A DNA stretch of 32,000 nucleotides. It comes from Caldivirga maquilingensis IC-167. GTDB lineage: Archaea > Thermoproteota > Thermoprotei > Thermoproteales > Thermocladiaceae. This document shows, piece after piece, positions 15,859 through 24,020 of the stretch. Where the stretch lies: assembly GCF_000018305.1 (NCBI RefSeq), contig NC_009954.1, positions 330,001 to 362,000 of the forward strand. The letters are read 5' to 3'. The notes below the pieces were generated by a model. The model did not search any database. It saw only the letters and a program-made list of their open reading frames with translations, and was not told where the DNA came from. Position numbers and translations under genes: made by a program. The first letter of the stretch is position 1; every line of letters begins with the position of its first letter.

Positions 15859-16410
15859 CTATAAATATAACACCTTAAGTGTAGAGAATTCGACAACCAC
15901 GTTACCCATGGCTTGTGAATTCAAAGCAGCAATAATAAGCCTACTTGTGGTTAAACCAGTGCTATTAATTAATGAGCACTCAGGAACTATTATTTTACCT
16001 TCATGAGCACTTACATATGCTTGAGTCGATTCGAATTCAACATTATTCAAGGGTATTGTTAAGCCAATGGGTACAGTTACGTTAACCCTAATGCACTTAA
16101 ACCTACCCCTACCGCCAATGTAGGTTCCGTATATGAAGCCATTAGAGGCTAGGAAACCGGCAATAGCCCTAGCCTGCTTACTTAAAACCCTGAAGCTAAC
16201 ACCCTCCACGCTTAACCTCCCTTCATTTGATTCAAGGCTGTATTGGTAACCTAGGTCGATTGAAATGATCCAGGGTGCCTTAAGGAGAGGTATGATGTAC
16301 GTATTATCCTTCTTCCTCGCCTTAAATAACTTAATTAAGTCACTTGGATTTGAGTTAATTAACTTCCTCAGTTGCTCAAAATCACCTAGGGTAATGGTTT
16401 CAACGCCCAC
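15859..16410 (-). CDS. Hypothetical protein (183 aa), no recognisable family
   Basis: The ORF fills the gap between the citrate synthase and SIS genes on the same strand. An AT-rich TATA-like sequence lies about 25 nt upstream. I recognise no motif. Confidence 0.45.
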   Translation of the reverse strand: MGVETITLGDFEQLRKLINSNPSDLIKLFKARKKDNTYIIPLLKAPWIISIDLGYQYSLESNEGRLSVEGVSFRVLSKQARAIAGFLASNGFIYGTYIGGRGRFKCIRVNVTVPIGLTIPLNNVEFESTQAYVSAHEGKIIVPECSLINSTGLTTSRLIIAALNSQAMGNVVVEFSTLKVLYL

Positions 16411-16443
16411 GTGACTTTAGATATTTTAAATTTATTAGTATTA

Positions 16444-17064
16444 CTATGGAACCTCTATGTTAGCGTGCATGTTTCTTAAATCCTCCTCAGTCTTATTCAA
16501 CCTATGCATTAACTCCGCTATTACAGCGTCAAGGAAGACGATGGTGGTATCCTCAAATAACGTACCCAAGGGGGCTAGCGGCTCATGAAGACCAAGTATT
16601 TGCCTGGCGAAGTAATCATCAATCCTAGAAACCTTAGTCCTACCCGGTATGACAAGAACCATGTCAGCTATCTTAGCCAGTGGTGAATCCGGGTAACTGG
16701 TTATTGCAACAACCTTAGCCATCATGCGTTTAGCCGCATCAGCTGCAGCAACAACAATACTTGTTGTTCCACTTCCACTTATCGCAACAACCAAGTCCCC
16801 TGAACCAACACTTGGGGTTATTGTTTCACCCAATACGTATGACTTATACCCAAGGTGCATTAACCTCATGGCGAACCCCCTAGCAACTAAACCTGATCTA
16901 CCAGCCCCAACAACCAGCACCTTATTACCCCTGTGGTAGAGCTTCTCAAGCTCATCGATAAACTCGTTGACTTGATCCGGGCGTATAACCTTAATCGCCT
17001 CCTCTATAAACCTACTTACCTCATTATACGCCATCATGAAGTATGGGGGGAAATCTAGATTCAT
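16444..17064 (-). CDS. SIS-domain sugar-phosphate isomerase, 6-phospho-3-hexuloisomerase-like
   Basis: [57 protein letters not shown]...[19 protein letters not shown] closely follows the PHI consensus as I remember it (GAGRSG...FAMRLMHLG...V.GET.TP....GDL......SGSG.T). Confidence 0.72.
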   Translation of the reverse strand: MNLDFPPYFMMAYNEVSRFIEEAIKVIRPDQVNEFIDELEKLYHRGNKVLVVGAGRSGLVARGFAMRLMHLGYKSYVLGETITPSVGSGDLVVAISGSGTTSIVVAAADAAKRMMAKVVAITSYPDSPLAKIADMVLVIPGRTKVSRIDDYFARQILGLHEPLAPLGTLFEDTTIVFLDAVIAELMHRLNKTEEDLRNMHANIEVP

Positions 17065-17077
17065 TACTTAAGGGTTC

Positions 17078-17094
17078 TTTTTAAAAAATTTAAA
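17078..17094 (-). promoter_or_regulatory. AT-rich TATA-like element and T-tract between the decarboxylase and SIS genes
   Basis: The minus strand reads ...cccttgtttaaaaaggg (5-bp hairpin), then tttaaattttttaaaaag. This sits 21-26 nt upstream of the ATG at 17064 and just downstream of the stop at 17136. It could serve as a terminator T-tract and as a promoter. Confidence 0.35.
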
Positions 17095-17135
17095 CATTTA
17101 CCCTTTTTAAACAAGGGGGTGGGGCGTCCTTAAAA

Positions 17136-17582
17136 TCACTTTAAATCGTCACCAGGCTCCTCGCCGTCGTAAAGCGACCTATCACTTATGTTAACGCTAT
17201 ACTTCTTAGCCTCAAGCTTTTGCGCAATGTACTCAAAGGCCACCATGGGGTCTGTATGGGGTCCACAGGTGTAAACATCAACAGTCGCATACTTATGCTC
17301 AGGCCAAGTGTGAACTGATATGTGGGATTCAGCCACAATAGCCACCACTGATAATCCACCACTTGGCGTGAACTTGTAGTAGAATAATGAGACCACTGTG
17401 GCGTTAGCCTTCTCAGCAGCTTCCTTAACTATATTCGTTAACTTCACTTCATCTCGAAGCACCTCCTCATTGCAGTCATATAAATTACCGTACACATGAG
17501 TACCATATACAACTGCCCCAATCCCCCTCACGTGTTTGGGAACTTCTTCTCCCAATGTGAGGGGATTGGTTTGGGTCTTCAT
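17136..17582 (-). CDS. speH: Pyruvoyl-dependent S-adenosylmethionine decarboxylase proenzyme family (SpeH-type; could alternatively be the crenarchaeal arginine decarboxylase paralogue)
   Basis: VAIVAESHISVHTWPEHKYATVDVYTCG contains the E-S self-cleavage site and the HTWPE motif of class 1 AdoMetDC. Confidence 0.85.
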   Translation of the reverse strand: MKTQTNPLTLGEEVPKHVRGIGAVVYGTHVYGNLYDCNEEVLRDEVKLTNIVKEAAEKANATVVSLFYYKFTPSGGLSVVAIVAESHISVHTWPEHKYATVDVYTCGPHTDPMVAFEYIAQKLEAKKYSVNISDRSLYDGEEPGDDLK

Positions 17583-17702
17583 TGCTTCATTTTTTAGTGG
17601 GTTTTTAAAACCATAATATTTCCTTGCTTAAAAACTTTACCCCCCGTTTAAACCCATATCCCCTATATTACGGCCACGTAGCTAACAATAGTTTACTATG
17701 AC

Positions 17703-19514
17703 TTAATCACCAACAGTTATTACGAAATCCCCATTATCATTATTCTTCCCACCGCTAACCAGCTTCGCTAATAATGCGGCAATGATTATGATTACGATTA
17801 TAAGTAGTATTGCGGCTAAGTAACTCCAGTTAATGTAATATAGTACGTTAACTGACGCAGAATTACCCACTATTGGCACTGTATAGGAGCCAATTGCCGC
17901 GTGTACTGTAACGTAGTTGACGCCAATTGGGACGCATATGGTGGCTGAGCCATTAATATTGAAGCTTAAACCACCTGCATCAACAACAGCACTTATTGGT
18001 GAGCCTAAGAGCCCAGTCACCTTAACATTAATCACCCTCACCGGTATGCTCACGTTTATTTCACTTGAATTAACCTTAATCATTGATGAACCTACTATAG
18101 AACCATTAATCACTGCGTTAATGAGTATACTGGACCCATATTTAACGTTACTTAAGGTAAACTTAAACACATTATCATTACTACTGATTAAATGCGCGGA
18201 TGAATTCATAGTAAGCATTACATTGCTGCATGAGGGGGGTAATTGAGTTAAAGTAGTGCTTAAGTTAACTACGTGAAATAACGGAACCTTGACTATGGTT
18301 GATGATTGGTTTATATTAACCACAAGCCTATAATAACCTGAATCACTCATGATAACCATGGAATAGAGACCTGGGACTAGGCAGGTATTGTTTCTTAAAA
18401 CACTGTATGCTCCATGGCCTAGGAGTAGTATTGTTGCGTTTAAAGGATATCCATCAAGTGTCTCAACACTAATTGAACTCCCAGTTATAATATTGTTTAA
18501 GGTAACTGTAGCCTTATTGTTGGCTAACCCAAGCACAATAAGGTTAACCACGGGTTCATTACCTACATAAAGCGTTTCATTGGATGGAACCGTTACTATT
18601 ACGTTACCTCCACTGACCTGGGTTGGTATTAGGAGGTTACTGCACCATGGGTTCAAGGACACTGAGGCCGTGGATTCAATCCAATTAACTGATCCACTTA
18701 ACTTAACTAATTCCTGCCCAGGAATGAATATGGGTATGGTTGCGTTTAGCCTCATTAAGGATCCAGTCAAGCTAACGGTGTAGTAGGCTGTGTCATTGCT
18801 TAATAGGGCTAAGCCACTCCAGGGAATGCTTGAAGTAGCTGGTATTGAGTATGTTGTGTTAACTGAGTAGTATACTGTGGCGTTATTAACCCTGAAGGTT
18901 GGGTTAAGGGTGTAAGATATGTAAACGTACTTATTCATCACTATGGGTATACCATTAGTATTAATAGTGTAGGTGCTTTTATTAACCAGGAACGTGAATG
19001 GTGAAGCCGGCTTCACTGATCCCCCAATGACCACTAACCCAATAATAGTATATAGGGGGGTTAACCCAAGGCTAACAGTATTATTAATCGTAAGGACACC
19101 GGATCCACTATAGCTACCGGTGATCACTGGACCATTGTAGAGGTAAAGCACTGGGGGTATTTTCATGTAACTGGAGACAAACACTATTACCCCGTATGTG
19201 CTCCTGCAGTTAACCCAAGTACTCATGTACTTAGGGGTGTTTAAACCAGTTACTGGGGTTATTGATCCATTGCTCAGAACCAGTGATGCTGAGGCTAAGC
19301 CTAACTGAGACCTTGGGTCTATTACAAGGGTTAAATTAACTAAGCCATTGCAATTCAACGGTATTATTGATGAACCATTAATAGGCAGCATCACTGGTAT
19401 TGAGGAACCATTAATGTAGATTAAACCATAATTAACAATGTAGTTAGGTACGGCTGCCAACACAGGCATCATGGCTATGAATGCCGTTAAGAATGCGATA
19501 AGCCTCCTCATCAC
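17703..19514 (-). CDS. Large secreted, C-terminally membrane-anchored glycoprotein candidate (603 aa)
   Basis: Signal peptide MMRRLIAFLTAFIAMMPVLAAV. The body is beta-rich with Val/Ser/Asn/Thr/Ile composition and about 21 N-x-S/T sequons by manual count. The C-terminal TM segment is LAAILLIIVIIIIAALLAKLV, followed by a short tail. Confidence 0.6.
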   Translation of the reverse strand: MMRRLIAFLTAFIAMMPVLAAVPNYIVNYGLIYINGSSIPVMLPINGSSIIPLNCNGLVNLTLVIDPRSQLGLASASLVLSNGSITPVTGLNTPKYMSTWVNCRSTYGVIVFVSSYMKIPPVLYLYNGPVITGSYSGSGVLTINNTVSLGLTPLYTIIGLVVIGGSVKPASPFTFLVNKSTYTINTNGIPIVMNKYVYISYTLNPTFRVNNATVYYSVNTTYSIPATSSIPWSGLALLSNDTAYYTVSLTGSLMRLNATIPIFIPGQELVKLSGSVNWIESTASVSLNPWCSNLLIPTQVSGGNVIVTVPSNETLYVGNEPVVNLIVLGLANNKATVTLNNIITGSSISVETLDGYPLNATILLLGHGAYSVLRNNTCLVPGLYSMVIMSDSGYYRLVVNINQSSTIVKVPLFHVVNLSTTLTQLPPSCSNVMLTMNSSAHLISSNDNVFKFTLSNVKYGSSILINAVINGSIVGSSMIKVNSSEINVSIPVRVINVKVTGLLGSPISAVVDAGGLSFNINGSATICVPIGVNYVTVHAAIGSYTVPIVGNSASVNVLYYINWSYLAAILLIIVIIIIAALLAKLVSGGKNNDNGDFVITVGD

Positions 19515-19559
19515 AAGGACGCCTTTTCATCCTGAAGCTATTTAACCTATTGTTTACTA

Positions 19560-19585
19560 AAGCATTAATACCAAGCATTAATGCC
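19560..19585. repeat. Tandem 13-nt repeat (aagcattaatacc / aagcattaatgcc) containing the 10-bp palindrome gcattaatgc
   Basis: Read directly from the sequence. It lies just upstream (minus-strand sense) of a TATA-like ttaaatag element at about 19538-19546, which precedes the 603-aa gene start at 19514. Confidence 0.6.
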
Positions 19586-19648
19586 TCATTACAGGTTAAA
19601 ATGAGTTAATGGATCCATGGGTTGGTTAATAATACTAATTACCTTACC

Positions 19649-19861
19649 TTACTTGCTTGAGGATTTTGACTGAGCCGCGGATTTAGCACGCCTTATTTTC
19701 CTAACCCAGGCCTGCTTCTGCGGGTTCTTACCCATTTTAACCATGCTTACGAAACACCTCCTACTGCAGAACCGTAGGACAACCCCATCAACCCTAACGT
19801 ACATTATCCCATAGCCAGGCGGTATTGGTCTCCCGCAGTATGAGCAATTGTAAATCCTCAC
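19649..19861 (-). CDS. rpl24e: Ribosomal protein eL24 (L24e)
   Basis: [39 protein letters not shown] is the zinc-ribbon eL24 signature (C.FCG..I.PG.G...V..DG....FCS.KC). Confidence 0.9.
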   Translation of the reverse strand: MRIYNCSYCGRPIPPGYGIMYVRVDGVVLRFCSRRCFVSMVKMGKNPQKQAWVRKIRRAKSAAQSKSSSK

Positions 19862-20027
19862 AATCCCCCTTAATTCCCTATTCTTTTAAATTTGACGCAT
19901 TGATTATGTAATTACTGGCATTAACGTGAATAAGTATCATGCAGTGATGCTGATTAAGGCCCATAACATTAATTAGGAGTCGGGTTACGGTAAGTTTAAC
20001 TTAAAAGCTTCCAGGCGTATCTAAGTA

Positions 20028-20549
20028 GTGGTGCAGGGTGTCTTCGTAACAGGACCACCTGGGGTTGGTAAAACTACCCTTATTGTTAAGGTGACCAGTA
20101 GACTTAAGGAGAGGGGTATTAGGATTGTGGGCTTCTATACAGTGGAGGAGAGGGAGGGGGGTGTTAGGGTTGGTTTTAGGCTGGTTAATGTTAGTAATGG
20201 TGAATGGAGGTGGCTGGCTCATGTTAATAAGGTGCAGGGACCAATGGTGGGTAAGTACCATGTTGATGTTAATTCAATTGAATGGGGCTTAACACTACTT
20301 AACCAGGAGGGTGACCTATACGTTATTGATGAGGTTGGTCCAATGGAGATGAAGCATCCCTCATTCCTAAGGAGAGTGGAGGACGTGGTTAACTCCAGGC
20401 GCTTTCTCATAACCATTCACGTTAAGATGAGTAACTGGGTTAATTCACACTTAAACCTAGGTAGCTTAATTAGGTTAAGCTACGTTAATAGGGATGCTGC
20501 GGTTGATGAGGTGCTTAACTACCTGAGGACTATACTTAATATGGCTTAA
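20028..20549 (+). CDS. Nucleoside-triphosphatase, THEP1/COG1618 family
   Basis: VFVTGPPGVGKTTLIVKV P-loop, GFYTVEEREGGVRVGF and VIDEVGPMEM (Walker B). Size is about 170 aa. GTG start. Confidence 0.8.
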   Translation: MVQGVFVTGPPGVGKTTLIVKVTSRLKERGIRIVGFYTVEEREGGVRVGFRLVNVSNGEWRWLAHVNKVQGPMVGKYHVDVNSIEWGLTLLNQEGDLYVIDEVGPMEMKHPSFLRRVEDVVNSRRFLITIHVKMSNWVNSHLNLGSLIRLSYVNRDAAVDEVLNYLRTILNMA

Positions 20550-21715
20550 TTAGTCCTAGCGGAGACCGTTAAAGTACCCCTACTGGCTGGCTTAAACTCA
20601 GGTAGCTTCAAGTAAGCCACAGCGGCTCCAGCCCTAGCGGCTGCATCAATCAACAGGAGGTACTTCACAGCCTCCTTAACCCCAACCATTAATTCAACTG
20701 CTGATAATGATGCACTACCTATGAGTGAACCAACCAGTGTCCCAGTACCGTAGACTGCATTATATATAGTTATTGCGCTTTTCTTATCCCTTGAATTATC
20801 GAAGAGGTAAGCCATGTAGGCTGTGTTTGATACTGAGTTAGTGAACCCAGACACCACGTTTATTATGAATAATTGATAGACACTGGTGCTGAACACGTAC
20901 ATTAATGGGAACGTTATAAGGAGGAATCTACCTAGGAACATCATTATCCTCCTATGCTTATCCACAAGTGAACCCACAGGCCTCTGTAGTATTAACGTTG
21001 ATGCGCCACCCACTATGCTTAGTATGGCGACTTGCTCAGTAGTCATACTGAATACGTAGTATTGAGCCACTGGGAATATTGGCCATGCGAAGGACCAGAC
21101 AACAGCGAATATGAATGTTGCACCCAGGAAATTCTCAATACCCTTAATGCTCTGCCTAAGGTTACTTGAATTCACTCCATCATACTTAACGTTATCCAGC
21201 CTCATCACCACAGTGAAGTTACTGGCAATGAGTAATGCAGCTGTTATGAAAACATACTTAGCTAAGGCGTAATTACCCCTAACCACTAGTCCAGCGGTTA
21301 ACGTAGCCAGTAAACCACCTATTGACCCAAAGAAGCCGTATTCAGCAAGAACCCTACCCCTAGAGCCTCTGCTTGCCCTCTCTAGTAATAATGCCCATGC
21401 GTATGAGGAAACACCACCAGTGGCGGCAATGGATAGGTAAGTAACCACGTAGAGTATGGGATTAGTGTATGAGATGAACGCCATTAATAACCATAGGATG
21501 ATTAATGATGCAGTTGATAGCTTAAGTAGCTTAACAGGTTCACTGAGTTTCCTTAATGGTAGCTGAGTCACCCCTGCGAAGAAGCCGTTGGCTGATGAAA
21601 TTAAGCCTAAGCCAATATTAGGTACCCCGCTGGCAACCGCCAGAAAGCTCATGAATGGTTGCGTTAAACCATTAGCCAGGTTCTGAATTAGTACGTATAA
21701 TCTCAGTTTATCCAC
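20546..21715 (-). CDS. MFS-type transporter
   Basis: 389 aa with about 11-12 hydrophobic helices and a central loop. The general MFS pattern is present but I cannot assign a specific substrate motif. Confidence 0.65.
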   Translation of the reverse strand: MDKLRLYVLIQNLANGLTQPFMSFLAVASGVPNIGLGLISSANGFFAGVTQLPLRKLSEPVKLLKLSTASLIILWLLMAFISYTNPILYVVTYLSIAATGGVSSYAWALLLERASRGSRGRVLAEYGFFGSIGGLLATLTAGLVVRGNYALAKYVFITAALLIASNFTVVMRLDNVKYDGVNSSNLRQSIKGIENFLGATFIFAVVWSFAWPIFPVAQYYVFSMTTEQVAILSIVGGASTLILQRPVGSLVDKHRRIMMFLGRFLLITFPLMYVFSTSVYQLFIINVVSGFTNSVSNTAYMAYLFDNSRDKKSAITIYNAVYGTGTLVGSLIGSASLSAVELMVGVKEAVKYLLLIDAAARAGAAVAYLKLPEFKPASRGTLTVSARTN

Positions 21716-21887
21716 GGTTAAACCGTATTAACCATTGAATATTTAAACCTATCTATACATTAAATTAAAGAATGATACTAGCATTCACGGTATTTACGCA
21801 CATATTTCACACCTTTAATCATACACCTATGCTTCACCACGTATTCATGGCTTACATGAAGAATAATTAAGTTATCCTGGTTAATGC

Positions 21888-21896
21888 TTTAAAAAG
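21888..21896 (+). promoter_or_regulatory. TATA-like box (TTTAAAAAG) plus downstream GGTGA Shine-Dalgarno-like repeats for the ROK gene
   Basis: The TATA-like element is 34-42 nt upstream of the ATG at 21930. ggtgaaggtga at 21915-21925 is complementary to the archaeal 16S 3' end. Confidence 0.35.
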
Positions 21897-21929
21897 TCCC
21901 ACTCATTAACTAACGGTGAAGGTGAAATA

Positions 21930-22928
21930 ATGACTCAGTATTACTTAGGTGTGGATGTGGGTGCAAGCTTCATTAGGATAGGGGTGGTTAACGTAAATGG
22001 TGAAATTATTGATAAGGTTAAGGTCCCCATGCCCCAGGAGGGTGATGAGGATACTGTGGCTAATATTATAATTAAGGGGGCTAGGGAGAATTTAGGCAAA
22101 TACCTGCCCTCTATTTCAGCGGTGGGTATAGGTTCAATAGGTCCCCTTGACTTGAAGACTGGTAATGTTCTAATAGCCCCTAATTTAAGGTGGAGGGTTA
22201 AGCGGTTTAGGCTATATGCCCCATTAAGGAGGGGGCTTGGTTTACCCATAGTAATAGGTAATGATGCCATGGCGTCTGTTTGGGGTGAATACTTGTTTGG
22301 TCAAGGTGCTGGGAGGAATAACGTAGTCTACGTAACCTTATCCACAGGCATAGGCATGGGTGTTGTGGTTGATGGACACCTCCTAGTGGGTAAGGATGGT
22401 AATGCCCATGAAATGGGGCACGCTGTCGTTGATATTGAATCCGACTTACAATGCGGATGCGGTGGCTATGGGCACCTGGAGGCTATTGCAGGTGGTGGTA
22501 ATATCCCTAAGAGTGCGCGGTGGTATCTTGAGAAGAGGTATAGGGGGCAGATGAGTGAATTAGCGTTAATGGTTAAGGAGGGTAAAGCCACTACGCCTGA
22601 TTTATTTAATGGATTCAAGAGGGGGGACCCCTTTGCAGTGGAGTTCATTGATTATGTTCTTAAGGCAATCGCAGCTGGGGTGGCTAATGTCATAAATGCC
22701 TATGACCCTGAAGTAGTCATACTGGGTGGCAGCATCTTCCTTAATAACGTTGACGTAATAATGAATGGGTTAAACAAGTACGTTAAGAGGTATGTGGCTA
22801 ATAGGATGCCTGAAATAACGGGAACACGCTTTGGGGATGATATTGGTATAATTGGTGCCGCTGCATTAGCCCTAAGGGTGCCTGAATCACTTAAACCATT
22901 CATTGAGTCACAGGAAAAATCACAGTAA
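21930..22928 (+). CDS. ROK-family sugar kinase (glucokinase/hexokinase type)
   Basis: LGVDVGASFIRIGVVNVNGEI (phosphate-1), GNDAMASVWGE, and GHAVVD-x6-CGCGGYGHLEAIAGG (ROK zinc motif). A His stands where many ROK kinases have the third Cys. Confidence 0.85.
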   Translation: MTQYYLGVDVGASFIRIGVVNVNGEIIDKVKVPMPQEGDEDTVANIIIKGARENLGKYLPSISAVGIGSIGPLDLKTGNVLIAPNLRWRVKRFRLYAPLRRGLGLPIVIGNDAMASVWGEYLFGQGAGRNNVVYVTLSTGIGMGVVVDGHLLVGKDGNAHEMGHAVVDIESDLQCGCGGYGHLEAIAGGGNIPKSARWYLEKRYRGQMSELALMVKEGKATTPDLFNGFKRGDPFAVEFIDYVLKAIAAGVANVINAYDPEVVILGGSIFLNNVDVIMNGLNKYVKRYVANRMPEITGTRFGDDIGIIGAAALALRVPESLKPFIESQEKSQ

Positions 22929-23186
22929 TCCTAAATTAGTTAGTAATTCAATGGCATTATTCTCGCTTGATAACCTTACGTAAGCCTTCTTCTCCCCCTC
23001 CATTGTTATTAATGTCCTCACATCAATGACCTTAACCTTATAGGCCTTCTCCACGTAATCCTTAATCACCTTCTTATTAACACTCCTAGGCACCACTATG
23101 GTTAATGTATTCTCCTTCTCAGCTAGCCTAATGGCCTTTTCAGTTAAAACAAACCTAGTTATAATTGGTTGAGTAGACATGCTCAC
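22920..23186 (-). CDS. rpl23: Ribosomal protein uL23
   Basis: LTEKAIRLAEKENTLTIVVPRSVNKKVIKDYVEKAYKVKVIDVRTL... is a typical uL23 pattern. The gene follows uL4 with a 4-nt overlap. Confidence 0.9.
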   Translation of the reverse strand: MSMSTQPIITRFVLTEKAIRLAEKENTLTIVVPRSVNKKVIKDYVEKAYKVKVIDVRTLITMEGEKKAYVRLSSENNAIELLTNLGLL

Positions 23187-24019
23187 TCACCCACTGTGAA
23201 GAGCTTTTCATTACTTAATCTTTCAATAGCCCCCTGGGTCCATAATGTTAACCTACCTGGCACACCCCCTGGCGCTAAGTGTAGTATGCTTAGGTTATCA
23301 ACGTAGACGACGTCGACTCCAGCCATGTTCCTAACAGCCCTAATTACTGGTGCATCCTTCCTTGAAACAACCACAAGAATGCTCTTAGGCTCCTTATACC
23401 TCCTACCCCTCATCTTACCCCTCCCAGCCCTAATCCTTACATTACCCTGGGCCTTAACTACATCACTCCATACTCCAAGGGCCTTAAACACATTCTTAAC
23501 GTCAGCAGCCTTACTGATTCCCTCAAATTCATTAACCACTACGAGCGGTATTGCCTTAACATCCCCCACCAAGTGTCCTCTCGCCATTATAAGCTCCCTA
23601 ACCGCGGTGGCCGCTATGGCTGACCTAATTGCCAGAAGCCTCTCCTTCCTATTAATCCTCTCCCACAGCCTCTTCTCAACTTTAGGTGGGTGAGCCCTCC
23701 TTCCCTTAACCACATTTGGCGCAATCCTAGCCCTCGGCCACATGTTACCCTTAATCCTAGGAACCCTGGCTATACCTAAGCCAGTACCGAAGCTTACCGC
23801 AGACGTCCTTAACCCAGCCTCCTTATCAGTACCCTTTGGTTGAAGCCTAGCAGTTAATGCACTTAAGACAGCCCTCCTAATTAAGTCCAGTCTTATCGGT
23901 GTCTTGAAATGCTCAGGTAAGTCAACCTCACCAACCGCCTCACCGTTAAGGTTCAGTAACTTAGCCTTAGCTGGAACCTCATACTTATTCTTAAGTAATG
24001 GAGATAAGTCAATACTCAC
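23183..24019 (-). CDS. rpl4: Ribosomal protein uL4
   Basis: It occupies the conserved position between uL3 and uL23. RAGRGKMRGRRYK and GGVPGRLTLWT are motifs typical of archaeal L4. Confidence 0.9.
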   Translation of the reverse strand: MSIDLSPLLKNKYEVPAKAKLLNLNGEAVGEVDLPEHFKTPIRLDLIRRAVLSALTARLQPKGTDKEAGLRTSAVSFGTGLGIARVPRIKGNMWPRARIAPNVVKGRRAHPPKVEKRLWERINRKERLLAIRSAIAATAVRELIMARGHLVGDVKAIPLVVVNEFEGISKAADVKNVFKALGVWSDVVKAQGNVRIRAGRGKMRGRRYKEPKSILVVVSRKDAPVIRAVRNMAGVDVVYVDNLSILHLAPGGVPGRLTLWTQGAIERLSNEKLFTVGE

Positions 24020-24020
24020 T

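Noticed and set aside
17672-17700. ggccacgtagctaacaatag resembles the 5' acceptor and D-arm of a tRNA (GCC.CGUAGCUCAG...).
   Set aside because: There is no matching T-arm (GTTCRAATC) or acceptor 3' complement downstream. The AT content is far too high for a hyperthermophile tRNA.
17917-18783. Plus-strand ORFs (17917-18246, 18388-18570, 18580-18783) antisense to the 603-aa surface protein gene.
   Set aside because: The minus-strand ORF is continuous for 603 codons with a signal peptide and an anchor. The plus-strand ORFs are short and contiguous only by chance in a region poor in stop codons.
20001-20416. Minus-strand ORFs (20001-20261, 20219-20416) opposite the THEP1 NTPase gene.
   Set aside because: The plus-strand product has a clean P-loop NTPase signature. 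The antisense products are Pro/Thr/Asn-rich without motifs.
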